Of a stretch of DNA of 64,000 bases, positions 38,498 through 52,732 are shown piece by piece. The translations under genes and the position numbers were made by a program. Positions within the stretch are counted from its first letter, which is position 1. The number at the start of each line of letters is the position of its first letter. Origin of the DNA: Podarcis cretensis (taxonomy: Eukaryota); NCBI GenBank assembly GCA_951804945.1, contig OX638156.1, forward strand, positions 27,962,001-28,026,000. The letters run 5' to 3'. The notes under the pieces are model-generated. The model had not been told where the DNA came from. It ran no database searches and saw nothing but the letters and a program-made list of their open reading frames with translations.

Positions 38498-41400
38498 TTA
38501 TCTTTTGGAATCAACACATTATATCCATATTCAAATACCTTTGTGGTCTTCAAGTTTGTTTCTGGGTACAATTCAAAGGGCTGGTCTTAATTTATAAAGC
38601 CCTACATCATCTGGCACCATGGTACCCTAAGGGCTGCCTGCTCTTATATGAACCTGCTTAGCAGCTGAGCCATCAACGAACTTTCTTGGATGTACTTATC
38701 TCCAGAGGTTATGCAGGTTGCTACTAGACAGTGGACCATGGCTAAGGGTTATGCCCAAATGATGCAACTCCACCTGAGGAATATATGTCTAGCCTCTTTT
38801 TAAATCTTTTAGACTTGAAGTGAAATCTGTCCTGCTCGTCCATGCATTTGTTGATTAATGACTCTGAATTCATATTAATTAGCTTTCTGTTTCCATTATT
38901 GTTGTTTTATTGTAGTCTCATTGTTTAATTTGAATTAATCTCAATTTTCTGCTTTATTTGATGGCTACTAAAAGTGCCTTGAATTTTCTTTTTATAATGC
39001 TAGTTATTGATGTGCTGATACTATCTTTGCTGCTTTGTTTACCAATACAGGATTTTGGTTAATTTGTTCGTTTGGTTATTTTTGTTAGCCACTTTGCATG
39101 GGGAGGGGGCAGGTTGCAGAAAGGCAGTACATGAAAAATTAAATAAATAAAATTGCATGTATGCTAAATACAAACAAAAACACTGTAAAAACAAGTCTTA
39201 GAAACAAATGTAAAAGAAGTGTTAACCCTAGTAACTATGTTCAAGCATTACAACTTACGAAATAAAGCTGATTACAGAAGTATGGTGCATCTAAAGATGG
39301 CTGAGATCCTATGAAAGTTTAATTTCAGTACAAATGTGCCAGAAAAATGAAACATAATAATTTAGATTCAAGTCTTGCTGGTTACAGTGATTATGCAACA
39401 AGTGAATAGCCAATAAAATAAAAAGCCAATATAATGGGCTCCAGCAGAATTTCAGACATTATCTTTATGGGTGTTGAAAGAGAAAGATAATATTTACAAA
39501 CAAAACGTCACATGAGTTTTGGGAAAGCTGCAGCCTCATTGAATCCTTACACAGAAGAAGCCTGGACTCACCAGTGACTTTCATAAACCACAGAGAGGGG
39601 TATGCCAAATAGTAAAACTTTCTCAGAATTGTAAGGCATGGCCTTATTTAAGTTGTCCCTCACCCAGCTCCCAGAATAATCAAGATGCTATGAAGAGCAC
39701 TCTTCAGTAAACACATATTGTATGCTCCTGAAATGCAGGCTGCTGAGTTGTAAGTTCACATACAACAAGGAGAAGGGTCAGCACCTATGGACTGGTGCAG
39801 ACAAGCACATTCACTGGTATGTCCAACTTCTCTCACAAACATCAGATCTTCTGGCAGTAAAGGAACTAGTTAACATTTCTGGTCTCTCACTGCAAAAAGG
39901 CTTGGTAATGAAGAACACCAACCTGGTGTTAAAAAGACCAGTCAAAGCAAGTTCAGCAACACTGTGTGAGAATCCCAAAATATTCTGTCTTTGAGCAAAG
40001 AAGCAATAATGGAAACAAGTCAATGAAGAGAAACTAGCAACACAACCATTCAATAAAGAGACAACCAAGGAACTAAGAGATCTGTAGTAGAAGCAGGAGG
40101 TTATAGAGATGGTAGAACTTTGTTAAAAAGCATGAAATGTGGATGCAGGTCAGCCCAGTATTATCTGAATGTAGTTGTACACAGGCCAGAAGGAAAACCT
40201 CTTGACAATGACAAACTGGCCTGGGGAAGAAGTGAGGATTTAGACAGAAAGAGAAGCTCCACTGTTGTTAAGAGTCAGTAAGAGATGTAGGAAACATCAG
40301 GGGTGAAAAACGGAACACCCACTTCCAGATGTCTCCTAATTCTGTTAGCCAACTTATCTTTGGAGGAGCAAACTACATGCACTATGTCACAGCAATAGTG
40401 TGAGACACAGTGCTTGCACAGCTTTGAGTTTTAAAATAGAAAGAAGGGGGTGTTAATATAACTTTCAAGCAACTGATCAATGATAGTATGCAGATTTTTC
40501 CAAGTCTGGAAGCACATGACCTGTTGCCATGCACTTTGAGATGTAAGGATGAATACCTCTTTGCACTCCCACCATGTATCAGGCTAGTGGCCACCATCCA
40601 AGCAGCTGTTTTGCTGGTGGCCCCCAAGCTCTGGAATCTGTTACCAATGAACTGTTAAAATCTCTCTCTTCAGGCAAGCCTTTTATTATTAAGATGTTAC
40701 TTTAATACTAGCTGTCCATTTTTTAATCTGTCACTGTTACAACACTGTATTGTTATTACTGTCATTTTATTTTTCTGGAAGGGTAACCTGCTTTCACAAC
40801 TATTGTTGAAAATGAATATACAAATCAGATAAATAGTCGCAAGTCTTAGATCAGCATTAGTTAAAGTGAAAGGCATTTCACCAAACAAAGGCAAGAAAGA
40901 AGACTTTAGGACAAACTAAAGTTAGACAACTAGTGGTCAAAGTTGCTTCCTTTGTCAGGGTCAGAATCCTCAAGATAACTTTGCTGTCTATGCAAGTTCC
41001 CAGCCAAAGAAGTTGGTAATCAGTTTTGATAATGTTCCTTTTGGGCTCCTAAGATGTCTCAAGTCGAACCCATATGGCATTCTAGCCACTACCTAGACAG
41101 ATTGTTCTTCTCTTACTTTTCTCCTACTGCAGGAAGATTGTACTGCAGAAGAAAAGGCAACAGCTGACTCAGGAAAAACACTCCCAGGGAATTATTTCAT
41201 TTAAGAGACAGGGAAGGTTCATTTGATCCAACATATGAGAGGATCACTCTCCCCAGTGAATTTTAGACTAGTTGAACAAACATTGGGGGGGGGGGCGTTT
41301 AATGGGACTAGGCAATGGCCCAATTGTCTGAGCATTAAGAAAATGTAAGCAAAATTTATTTGTGAAATGTACACTGAATTTTTTCATTAGTCCCTTTCCT

Positions 41401-43245
41401 TATGGCTCCAACCTCAAGCACTTGGAACTGCAGTCTTTAAATCAGAAAGCTGTGGGAGATACCAGGTAATCAAAGTCTAAGAGCAGTTTGAGTTTAAAGG
41501 AACCAGGCTTATTTGCCAGAGTTGAAAACAGACCCTATCTAGCTTAGTAAAGATCAATGAAGCTAACTTGCTTAGCTATGTCAGTATTTTGCTACGAGGA
41601 AGTCTGAAGGGTACAAGGAAGACTCTCTGAAGCACTAACTATGAGGCTCCTTGTTTAGTACTACAACAGCACTACTGTAGTTGTTAGATCTGGACTGAGA
41701 AAAAGAACAAAGCTTTATTAAACTACTCTACTATTCCTTTACTATTCCTCTACTTTGTTGCAATTAAAAATAACAAAGGTATGGGGAGAATCCTGCAAGG
41801 CTTTTTGGCACCAGGATGACAACCTCCTGGCCACTGCCAGGAGGTTGATACAATTGACAAATTGAGTTACGATCCCATATAAAGAGTTGTTAACCTTACA
41901 AGTAGGTTGCTACTGTAGAACATTGAAGAAGCTAATTCTCTAAGAACCAAATGTCTGGCAGAAGAAAAATATAAAATCACTGCATTTCCCTTATCATCAA
42001 AATTAACATTTAAGGGTTATAATAATCCTTGAGGGAAATATATCTCTATTCCAGATTGGTGAAAGTTGAGGTGCCAATGTAACATGTAATATGAATGAGA
42101 CATCCTGCATAGAATTGTCCAAGGCCACATCTACTTGGGCTGCCGCAGATGTAAAATCAGAATATGAGCAGGCCACAGATACAATGTGCTTCCTATCCCC
42201 TTATCTACTCTGGAGCCAACTCTCTCTTTCTTCCTTAACCACAGTTAAAGTGTTTTGGTGACACAAACAGTAACTACAGTTTCCACTTAATAAGGATTTC
42301 AAACCCTGTTTGCAATAGCTCTTTTTGAATCCCACCCTCTATGATACATCATCAGAAGAAGAACTATACACTAATTCAGGTTGGCATTGAGGGACATATT
42401 GGAAATTTTGCCATTTTTTAAAAAACAAAAATAAATAAAAGTTATAAATCAGGTCCTAAAGACACAGAAGATGCATGAAGCTTGGGGTCCGAGCACCCAC
42501 AAATACTTTTTAAAAAAATTCTCGCACAGCATCTTGTCATTTAGATCTAATCAAATATGATTAGTTGCTTCTGCTATTATAATAAACACTGCTACAAAGC
42601 TCTCATGGGGGAAGACTGTCGACTCCCATAACTAGAAATACATTTCTGTGCATCTTTGAAAGCTAATCCCACATAACCTGGCATGGCCATTCCACACACT
42701 AGAAATATAGACTAAATGCATAAGATACTCTACTCTTAATTCCACAGAGAATATCCACTAACGCAACAGAATGCAAGCAAAGGATAGAATAAAGTGCTTT
42801 GGAGTGAAAAGCTTTGTATAGCTGTAGAGCTCTTCATGCCTTAGGGCCATGATTTATTGGAGGTAAACCCCAGGCAAGAGGTACAATACACATTACTTTA
42901 AAAAGGAGAATATTATGCAGGCATGGTCTAAGTGTGTTCCAGGCACAATCCAACAAGCTTCAAAGAACCCCATAAATGCTTACGTGTTCTCTGAATTTGC
43001 ACAAACAAATGCCTCATTTGGCAATCATATGAAGTTGGTAGTGCAGCTCTCTACAAGGAAATGATGTTGTTCAGCAACAATGTGGGTGGTAAAACAAGAA
43101 AAGCCTCATACTTTCAACATAACCAAATCACATAAGATAGAGTCAAATGCACACTAATAAAATCCAGGCTCACATTTCTTTAAAAACCAGTGCTGACAAA
43201 CTACCTCCCAATATCTGCAGCAGCTACAGAAAACTTTTTTTTTAC

Positions 43246-43355
43246 CTTCGACTTGGATTCAGTTTTGGGGGTTCCATCTGCCTTATTGTTCATTTTGGGA
43301 GCTGGTGTTAGTTTAACATCCCCGAGTCCCATCATCTCAGGACTTGCAGCCATCC
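43246..43355 (-). CDS. ARID1A: ARID1A exon 10
   Basis: [37 protein letters not shown]; 110 nt. Confidence 0.96.
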
Positions 43356-43448
43356 CTAGAGAGTCAAACACCAACATGAAAATGTTTTTCAGCTTGCCAT
43401 TCAAAAACACAAAGAACTTGGGCAGAAAGACTGGGTACAGCATCTTAC

Positions 43449-43594
43449 CTGCAGAATTGTTGGCCATATTCCCACCCATTGGATATGGTGGGCCCTGGGG
43501 ATTGAGCATGCCAGCCATGCTATTTATTCCTTGGCCATAGGGAGGCCCAGTTCCCATCATTCCTCCTTGGTTAATATGGGGATAACCAGATGGC
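43449..43594 (-). CDS. ARID1A: ARID1A exon 9
   Basis: [48 protein letters not shown]; 146 nt. Confidence 0.96.
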
Positions 43595-44286
43595 CTAAAA
43601 ACAACACAACTATATTAGAAATAGTCAACTGTGTACATTACCAACGAGCACTTGGCTAATAATGTGATTTTTCCTGATTAAATTCCCTATACAAACAGGT
43701 AGACTAAAGAGATCTTTCTCCATAGTGGGCATTCCTTAGTGTATCTCTGACTTGCTGTGTGGGTGAAAAAGTGAGACTCAGATCTGGGCTACTGAGGCAA
43801 GTTCAGCTCTTCTAAGGTTTAGAGGTTTGAGTTCTTTTAGCATCAAGATACAGGTGGAAACCATTTTGTGTGGGGGTTTCATTCCTGGCCCCCATGTGCA
43901 TCGGTGGAATGCATTAAAGTGCACCCCACCCCATTCCATCCTCATTTTGCCTTCTTCCAGGTTGAAAAGGACCCACCCATTGGCGACCACTTGTCAACTG
44001 GACACGCCTAAAATTGGCACAGCCCTCTTCCCCAAGCTTCTCAATGCTGTGTATATTACTCACTGAGTATACATGCTCCAGATGCAACTGAAGCAGAGGC
44101 CTTCCCAATACAAGAGGAAAGAAACCCACCCCACTTATTTTATTGTCTCTTCCAGGTAACGTTGGACAGCAGAAAAATGAATTCCATTATAATCCAACAG
44201 AAGACACTACCCACCCCATCTGCCTTCCCTAACTCCCACTGGTTGTCAGTTTGTTTCCAGACCCAAATTAAGGTCTGATGTTAGTA

Positions 44287-44679
44287 CCATATTGGCCCGA
44301 ATATAAGCCACACTCCCCCCCCCCCAAATTCTGACCGTGAAAAGTTGAAGTGTGGCTTATATTCGCAACCTTACAAAAATGATCCAGTGTGCAGCTAGAA
44401 GCACAGCAAAGTGGTGCCCACTCCGCACATAGTCTCAAGGCGAGAAAGGGAGAGAGCAGGGAAGGGAAGGGGAAAGGCCACTGGCAACGCAGCGTGCCTC
44501 CCCCACCCCCGCCCAGAATGCAGCCAGGAGCGCGAGGTAAACAGCGCCAGGAGCATGGCAAAGCAGTGCCCGCCCCATGCATAGTCCCCCGTCCTCTCCC
44601 CCAAGGCCGGGAAGGGAGAAAGCAAGGAAGGAAGTGGCTTTAGGAGGGTATTGTCTCCCCCCCCCCGACTTGAATACGG
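44287..44679. mobile_element. TA-flanked non-autonomous DNA transposon, family of 12206-12531
   Basis: ta|CCATATTGGCCCGAATATAAGCC start, AATACGG|ta end; shared internal sequence in opposite orientation. Confidence 0.75.
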
Positions 44680-45193
44680 TATTTAACCATGACTTAGGCC
44701 CCAAATGCGTCCTTCCCACAAACCCTCTCTGGTGTTAAGATCAGCAGGGGGCGGGGGCGCCTTGGTAGTTCTGTGCCCTCAGAAGCCTGGAGGATGGTAT
44801 CCCGTGAGAGAGGCTCATCTGTGGCAGCCCCTAAATTGTGGAATTTCCTCCCCACAAAGATGTGTCTGGCATCTTCATTATGCAGTTTCTGCTGTAAGAT
44901 GAAGATATATCTCTTTACTCTGGCCTGCGACACTTGATATTATATATACAAATACAGATGTTTAGTTCCACCTTATTCTTGTGACTGTACTTTGTTTTGG
45001 AGTGTTTTGGTAATAATTCAGTGCCAGTATCTGAGACTGCCTTTGCCTTTTCTGTATTGCAAATAGGGTGACTAACAGTATTTTACTCTGGATTTAGGGA
45101 AGTCTATTATGACTTATTTAAAGAGGTATTGTTTTAAAGAGCTGATATTCTAGGAAATTCTGTTTCAGAGGTAAGGGGTCCCCCATGGCTTAC

Positions 45194-45512
45194 CTATTCT
45201 GGATTGAGTTGACGGCAGCAGCATGCATAGCAGCAGCAGCAGCAGCTTCTTGTGCTTTCCTGCCACCTGGTGGAGGACACATCCCAGTCCCTACTTGGGG
45301 AGGCATGTTTGCCATGTTGGGTCCATAGGGCCTATTCCCCATGGCAGCATGGCTCAATCCTCTCCCTGGAGGAAGCCCAGGATAGGGTGGTACACCAGTT
45401 TGACCATGGATCTGACTCCCTGCTCCCATTGGGTTCATGGTTCCTCCCATTCCTGGGCTTGGGTAATTTGCATTGGGCATAGCATTGTAGTTTGGCTGCC
45501 TGGGATATCCAC
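45194..45512 (-). CDS. ARID1A: ARID1A exon 8
   Basis: [24 protein letters not shown]...[14 protein letters not shown]; 319 nt; tag|...|gtaagc. Confidence 0.96.
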
Positions 45513-45652
45513 CTACAGAGAAAAGGGGAGCATGATCAGTAAGACTAAAGAATATCCTGGCAATTCTTGCATTTGCATCCTGAGCCTGCATATTACAAGG
45601 GAAGATAAAAGATGGGAGAATGCTGGCTTCACAAAATAGTGTCCTAATGTTA

Positions 45653-45802
45653 NNNNNNNNNNNNNNNNNNNNNNNNNNNNNNNNNNNNNNNNNNNNNNNN
45701 NNNNNNNNNNNNNNNNNNNNNNNNNNNNNNNNNNNNNNNNNNNNNNNNNNNNNNNNNNNNNNNNNNNNNNNNNNNNNNNNNNNNNNNNNNNNNNNNNNNN
45801 NN
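45653..45802. other. Assembly gap (N run) in ARID1A intron 7
   Basis: 150 N. Confidence 0.99.
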
Positions 45803-46367
45803 CACAAAGCAGTACCCACATTATGTGGAATCTTTCCATGGATCATCCCACCAGAGATCTCATAACTAAGTTAATCAGCTAATAATTGTCAAAGGCTGGA
45901 CTAATCAATAATGATCCAAATATTACGATGACTAGTTAGGTTACCAAAACTAACTGTATTGGCCAAGTAAAGTATGGGACACTGATGAAAAAATTAAGGG
46001 CTATGAAGTGGAGACAAAGTCACACTTAACCCCCTCCATTTCCCAAAATTTCTAAATGAATACTGTAGCACACATTTTTAAAATCTTCTGTTAAGTGTTT
46101 TCTGTTGATACTTAGTTTATGCCTAGACACTCCCAAGTTCAGATTCAGCAATAGTGGCTGAACACACCCACTGTTTACTTTAATCCAATAAACAACATCC
46201 ATAAGAAAAACTGTAAACACACACTTTGTAGGTCAAGAGACAAGACTGCTCAAGCTTTCTACCCATGCATCTCATTGTCTTAAGCAGGTGTTCTTTATCC
46301 AACCACAGAAACAACACATGTTCACTGTTCATGCATTTTATTTGAAACACAAGTGTAATACTCTAAC

Positions 46368-46535
46368 CTTGAGGCCCATATTGACCCCCCTGAGGTCCAT
46401 AACTGCCCATGGAATTTTGTTGGTAAGGTCCCATCCCAGCATGCATCTGTCCTCCAGAAGACTGACGTGGAGATAAGGCTGACCCAGGCTGAGGGGAATT
46501 ATACTGGGGCATCTGTGGAGTCCTCTGTATGTAAC
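46368..46535 (-). CDS. ARID1A: ARID1A exon 7
   Basis: [56 protein letters not shown]; 168 nt. Confidence 0.96.
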
Positions 46536-47431
46536 CTAATTAATAATGATTTCAAAGGATATTGTTATAAAAGCAGGATATGCAGTTCAAAACACATTTT
46601 TAAAAATAATTCGTTCTGGAAATCCTAAATTCTTCATAAATGACATGCCTGGTAAGGTTTTCACATTAATAGCTTAAAAACTTCAATGACAAATTCTCAC
46701 ATGGTAATTCCCTAGTCTTATGATAACTGTGGCACAGCACACTCTTATTTTGTAGCTGTCACTTTGAGGAGTTATTTATGATGACTGCTAAGTTATCTGA
46801 ACCCACTGAGAATAGTGAGAATGGGGTGGCAAAAATAAAAGAAACATGGTACCCTATTTCAATGAATAAACAGAACAAGCAACAGCCAGCTGTACCAGAT
46901 GCTAATGACAAATTTGCATTGTTCCCACTGATCACTATAGTTAAGAGGTTACATTTGAGTTTACTATTGGGCACCTTTGCACCTATTTTGGACTCCCAAC
47001 TCCCATCAACCCCAGACTGTATGACCAATGATTATGATGATGGGAGTTTGGAAATCGCCAACATCTGGAAGGCATCAGGTTGGGAAAGGCTGTTGTAAGC
47101 AATAACCTGAGGTGGAATGGCAAAAGGAAAACAAGTATGGGGGGGTGTGTGTGTCTGTATCTAGCATAATTTGGAGAATGATGCAAACTGCACCATGGCA
47201 AAACTAAGTTTGTCACAAAAGCATTGTGTATGTTTCTAGTTCACATTCCACATTAAGGACTGTCCCAATTCCCTACTCTAATTCGTAAATCACCAGTTAC
47301 ACCTTTCATGGAAGATTATCATGTAAAAGCTAGGCATGTGCATCAGGACTGATCCGTGAACCACTGAGATGTTTGCTATATACAAGAAGCCAGGCAAAAC
47401 AGCGCAACTGTCATTGCACACATGCACACAC

Positions 47432-47521
47432 CTCTATCGGGAGTTATGGTTGACTGATTCATGGAGGGATGCAAGATGCTGTCTGATTGGCCACTAGGCG
47501 GTCGAGGTGGCATCTGGTTAC
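47432..47521 (-). CDS. ARID1A: ARID1A exon 6
   Basis: [30 protein letters not shown]; 90 nt. Confidence 0.95.
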
Positions 47522-48291
47522 CTGCACAACAAAGAAAAATTTGATGGTGAAGAACCGCATTTCACCCCACTCCCCACAAAAGCAGCTCAAAAAAGACAAA
47601 CCTGAAAGTGGTACAAAAAGTGGCAGGGCCAGAGGGGAAAGTAGGTGGAGCTACAGATGTGGCTCTTACCTCTGTAGAGTTACCCCCAAAGTACAGATTT
47701 CTATACCCACCACATACTTCATCTAGTTAAGCAAGCAGTATTATAATAGGTGAAGAACTCATTTCAGCCAGGCAAAAGCATTCAAGGAAGCCCCAAAGAA
47801 GGCCCAGTGCAGAATGTGGCCTCGGGAGAGTCCCATGTGCCAGACAGAGGCTCCTAGAGGCTTGCATTCAGCCAGGCCTGAGGTTCCCCACCCCACTTAT
47901 AAAGAAAGAAATTTCTGGCTCATAGCTTGCTTTATCCCTTAAAGATGAAAGCATGTAATAAAATGTATTTTATTTATAGATAAAGAATTTTTATTCTCAT
48001 TCAGATAATGAAGTAGACCAAAGTCACCCAGGACATGGGTTCTGAACTCATGTCTCTACCCCATATTTATTTGTAATGTATTGCTAATATTGATATTCTA
48101 CCTTTCCTCTACATTGTTCTATATCACCACCACCCTGACTTCCATTCTTCCTCACAATAACCCTGTGAGGTAGGTTAGGCTGCAAAATAATGAGATCACA
48201 GACCCAAGGTCACCCAGTGGACTACATAGCTGAATATGGATTTGAACCTGAGGTTCCTCACTCCCAGTCAGACACTCTAACCACCTTCCTA

Positions 48292-48588
<297 letters not shown>

Positions 48589-51500
48589 CTATAGAGACAC
48601 ACAAAGGAAAGCATGTCACAAGTAGAAGAGAGAGAATGCTACTATACATATATCTACTACAGAATTTATGGGATTTTTCCTTTAGACGAAGACCTAGGTT
48701 GCTATCAATAAGGAAGGCTGCAACATAGTTCCGGGTAGAAATAAATCCTTTAGATGAGCAATTCCTACAGTTGCAACAGTGACTTATGTGCTACCAAGTG
48801 GAACTGGAAATTGTCTGACTGTAACCAGGAGTGATGTAATTTTGAAAATCTTGGACTACCCTCAAAGGGTGCAAGAGGAGATGCTACAGTCCATCATGCC
48901 CAACATCTCAATGAAACAAACCTAGTGGCATCCTAAAAATAAAGGCAGTATTTCCTGATTCCCAGTTTTGACTAGCCTTTTGTTAATCTAGTGTTCTCCA
49001 GATTTTTTGGACTACAACTCCCAACAGCCCCAGCAAGCACAGATGCAGTCCAAGACATCTGGAGTTGTAGTAAAAAAATACCCTAATTCCAAAAGATCTG
49101 GAGGCCACCAACTTGACACTGAAAGATCTCATCTTTCATAAATCTGTCAACTTACAGCCATTATACTGCTTTTTACAGCATTACTTACCAACAAGTATGT
49201 CTTATGAGCAATAGTACATCCTGTTAATGTTCAATTTTTACAACTTATTTCTATCAAATCTTCCAACTGAAGCCCCCTTGATTCTTGTCCTAAGTTCCCT
49301 ACTTGTACTTTGCTTCATTACACCATACTATGTGCAAGGTAATGATAATGTCTCCAGTCTCTTCATCCTGCACAAATGATTCTATAAACCAAGGCATGCC
49401 AATTCAGTTTTGTTTTCAGTTCTATATCAATGTCTCTGCTGTGATGGGTTGACCAGAATGACACAAAACATTTGCGTGATCCATTGGTAGACAGAACCAT
49501 CTTATTTTCATTATATTATCTTGCTTCTCAGGATTCGTGCATTTTGGCAGCAAGGACTTCATGATGCACTTGAACCACCCATTTTTAATCAATGCACCAC
49601 AATGAGAATACATAAGCAGGAGACGGAATGATATGTCTGGCTGCCTTGTTGAAGCACTCTGGTTGAAGGAAAGAGTTATACAGAGCTTTTATTCATTATT
49701 TGTTAAAAAGAGCCAACTGAACTCATTATGTGAGAAATGGAGCTTAAGTTTGTAGACAACCTATGGAGCTTGTATGCTATGGGTAGACATGAAGTGCAGA
49801 GTACCCTCCTGATCACGGCTACCCCAAGGTAATGCTTTGTTTCTTGAGAAAGCTGAAGGACTAGTACAGAGAGCAGGAGGTGGGAGCAGGGCTTAGAAGG
49901 AAAAGGAGAACTAGGCTGTCCAAGTGTCCATGCTGAACTCTCAGAAGACATTTAAGCAGCCTAACTGATGGCTTCTTGCCTATCTCTACTACAGAAACAC
50001 ACACTCTGAAAGTATGAAAGAAAGCAATTCAGTGCTGTCTAATTCCAAAACACACAAGCAGCTTCCATCACAAATTACACAGAGAAAATTATACTGAATT
50101 AGCTAACAAAATCCTATGCAATCTCCAGTATCTACACTTCAGATCTTTGCAAATATAGTACAACAAGGCTCTGACTATTAGTTAAAAGGAGGAGAAATGA
50201 GTGGTGGCCCTACAAGATACCTAAATTTCACTTAATTGGTGGTCATGCTTGAAGACTGACTGATCAAACAACTAATGAATCTAGCAGGCATGTGATGGGA
50301 GAAGCGCATCAGAACGAAGCAATACACTGCTCTTCATTGCAATCCATTAAGACAGTTTGGGTGCCACAACAGAATATTTGTTACAGCCATTTGCGTGCAG
50401 ATTACTTCCTGCAAGACTATGAATGTTATGTTTCTCCAAGGAAAGTACTTGTAATGAAAGATGGGATTGTTCATAAAATTCCTATAAACAGACCTTTTAT
50501 GAGATCCTATGATCTCTCTACTGATGAGCACATGTATGATGGAAAACAATGCTCTCAGTCTAAATTGAGAAAGCTAAACTTGAAAGCAATATTCAGTCTA
50601 GCTTTAGACTCTTAAATGCTCAACAACATTGGTCTGAAATTATTAAACTGAAGTCAATTTTATAGTATTTCTTAATGGTAAAGGCCTTGTGGCAATTTCA
50701 TAGTACACAAGAAATTCTACAGTATTTCTTTTGGCCTGCTAATTAAACAGTTAGTTGTTATTCCAATCCAAAGCCCCTGTGGTTGTGCTCCATTTAAAAA
50801 GGGCATCAAGGTCCGCCTGAACTGGTCATGAACTGGTGATCTGATTCCAGGGCAGAATTCAGTCTTGCGTCACCACCCAGCTTTGGCTAAAGGAGAGGAT
50901 AGCAGGGAGACAAATAATAATAATGATAAAAGAACTCCATCGCACTGCAAACTGTGGTAGAGTCAGAGTAAAACCACACAGCTCAGTGCATCTTTCATAT
51001 GAAAGGCCCACTGAGCTGAATGGGAAGCTGCATACGTGAGATCTCAAGTATCACCTAGCTGAATCTGACTGTATCTGCCTTCTCCAACCTGGTGCTTTTC
51101 TTATGTTTTGCACTACAACTCTAACTAGTCACAGTCAAGAAGGCCAATGGTCAGGGATAACTGAAGTTATAGTCCAGCTACAGTCTTATTTCCAGCTCTG
51201 GATGGTTTGTCAGCTACAGCCCCTTTTGGACAGACTGACTTTGGACACTCTACACTGGGCTGCCATTGAATATAACTTCTTCATCCCTGTTCTAAAACAC
51301 TGACATTGGTCACCAGTTCATTTCTGTGCCCAATTCAATGTGCTCATGCTAATGCGTAAGGCCTTAAACAACCTAGACCCCAAATATGTGTAAGACTGCC
51401 TCCTTCCCTACAGATCTTATCAGGTCAGGAGAGTGGGCTCTGGGATCTTCTGGATTAGGACAGATAATAAATTTGATTATGATGATGATAACAATCATCA

Positions 51501-52652
51501 TTTCACTCTCACACACGTTTGCAGGAATTGTTAAACAACAGTGCCACAAAACCAAGGCAGGGTTTCATACACAAACTTAACAGAATCAAACACATTAGCT
51601 ATAAACTCAGAATATACACTTTTGACCTAGGAAGAATAAACAGAAACTCACCAATACAATTTAAAATCTTTGAGACCTGAACACACACACACACACACAC
51701 ACACTGTATGTTACTTTAAACTCCACTTGCAACATTTAATACTGATTTATTTTTTGAAGGGGGTTCTACTCATTTACACCCTCATCTAGTGATGACCACA
51801 AAGGCCTAACTGTGTATGAAAGACCTGTGTGGAAAAATTGATTAATGGTTTTTTATTTTACACACTTACAAGACCATAGAAGTTATTAAATAGTTACTAG
51901 TAGATATCTGGAGACATGAAATTTACGTCTGCCTGAAATTTTACTTTTGGGGGTTATGGGGAGATTTTTTAAAATAAAAATTCAGCTCATTCAAGTAGGG
52001 AAATTGTTTTACTGGATCATTTTGAGCAGTGTTTGAAATTAGCCAGGAACATTTTATGACTGACGTGGATCCAACTGTGACCACCATGTGGAGATCTCAG
52101 GATGGCAGGTTAGCGACTGGGGAAAGGAAAATGTCACTTAGAGAAGGATTTGAAATATTTTCCTTGAAGCTTGAATTTATTTTGTTCTGGAAGGTTTTAG
52201 TTGATGTTTTAATGTGTTGTAAACTGCTTTGATATTTGTTCTGCAAAATATAAAGCGGTATAGAAATGATGATGCTGATGATGATTTCAATTGCAAAACA
52301 CACAAACAAAAAAGCCCCCGGCGCCTAGATATTCCATTGTGGCGACTGTAACCTAGGTTTAAGGTGCCATTTGGAGATTAGTTTATACAGTATATCAAAG
52401 CTTCTAACACTGATTTTGAGATATGACACAGTACAGCTTTCCCAGATGTTGCTGGACACCCATCACTCCCAGTCAACATGGCAAACAGTAAGTAATGATG
52501 ATGACGACCATAGTCCACAACATCTGGAGGGCCCCATACTGCTATATAGTGAAAAATATCCCAAAGCCTAAGCTATGTGATTCTTAGGGCCAAGTGCTCA
52601 AGGGCTGCTTCAGTCAAGCTATGGTGAACTGTATTGCACAGATCAGAATATA

Positions 52653-52732
52653 CAGAGTGAGTCTTTTAAAAGAGGCCCTGTGGAACATGTGTACTCTGTA
52701 TCCACAGGGCCTCTTTTGAAAGACTCACCCTG
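52653..52732. mobile_element. 80-bp mariner-type palindromic MITE
   Basis: TA|CAG(A/G)GTGAGTCTTT(T/C)AAAAGAGGCCCTGTGGA 32-bp arms (30/32 matching), 16-nt spacer, TA on both sides. Confidence 0.8.
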
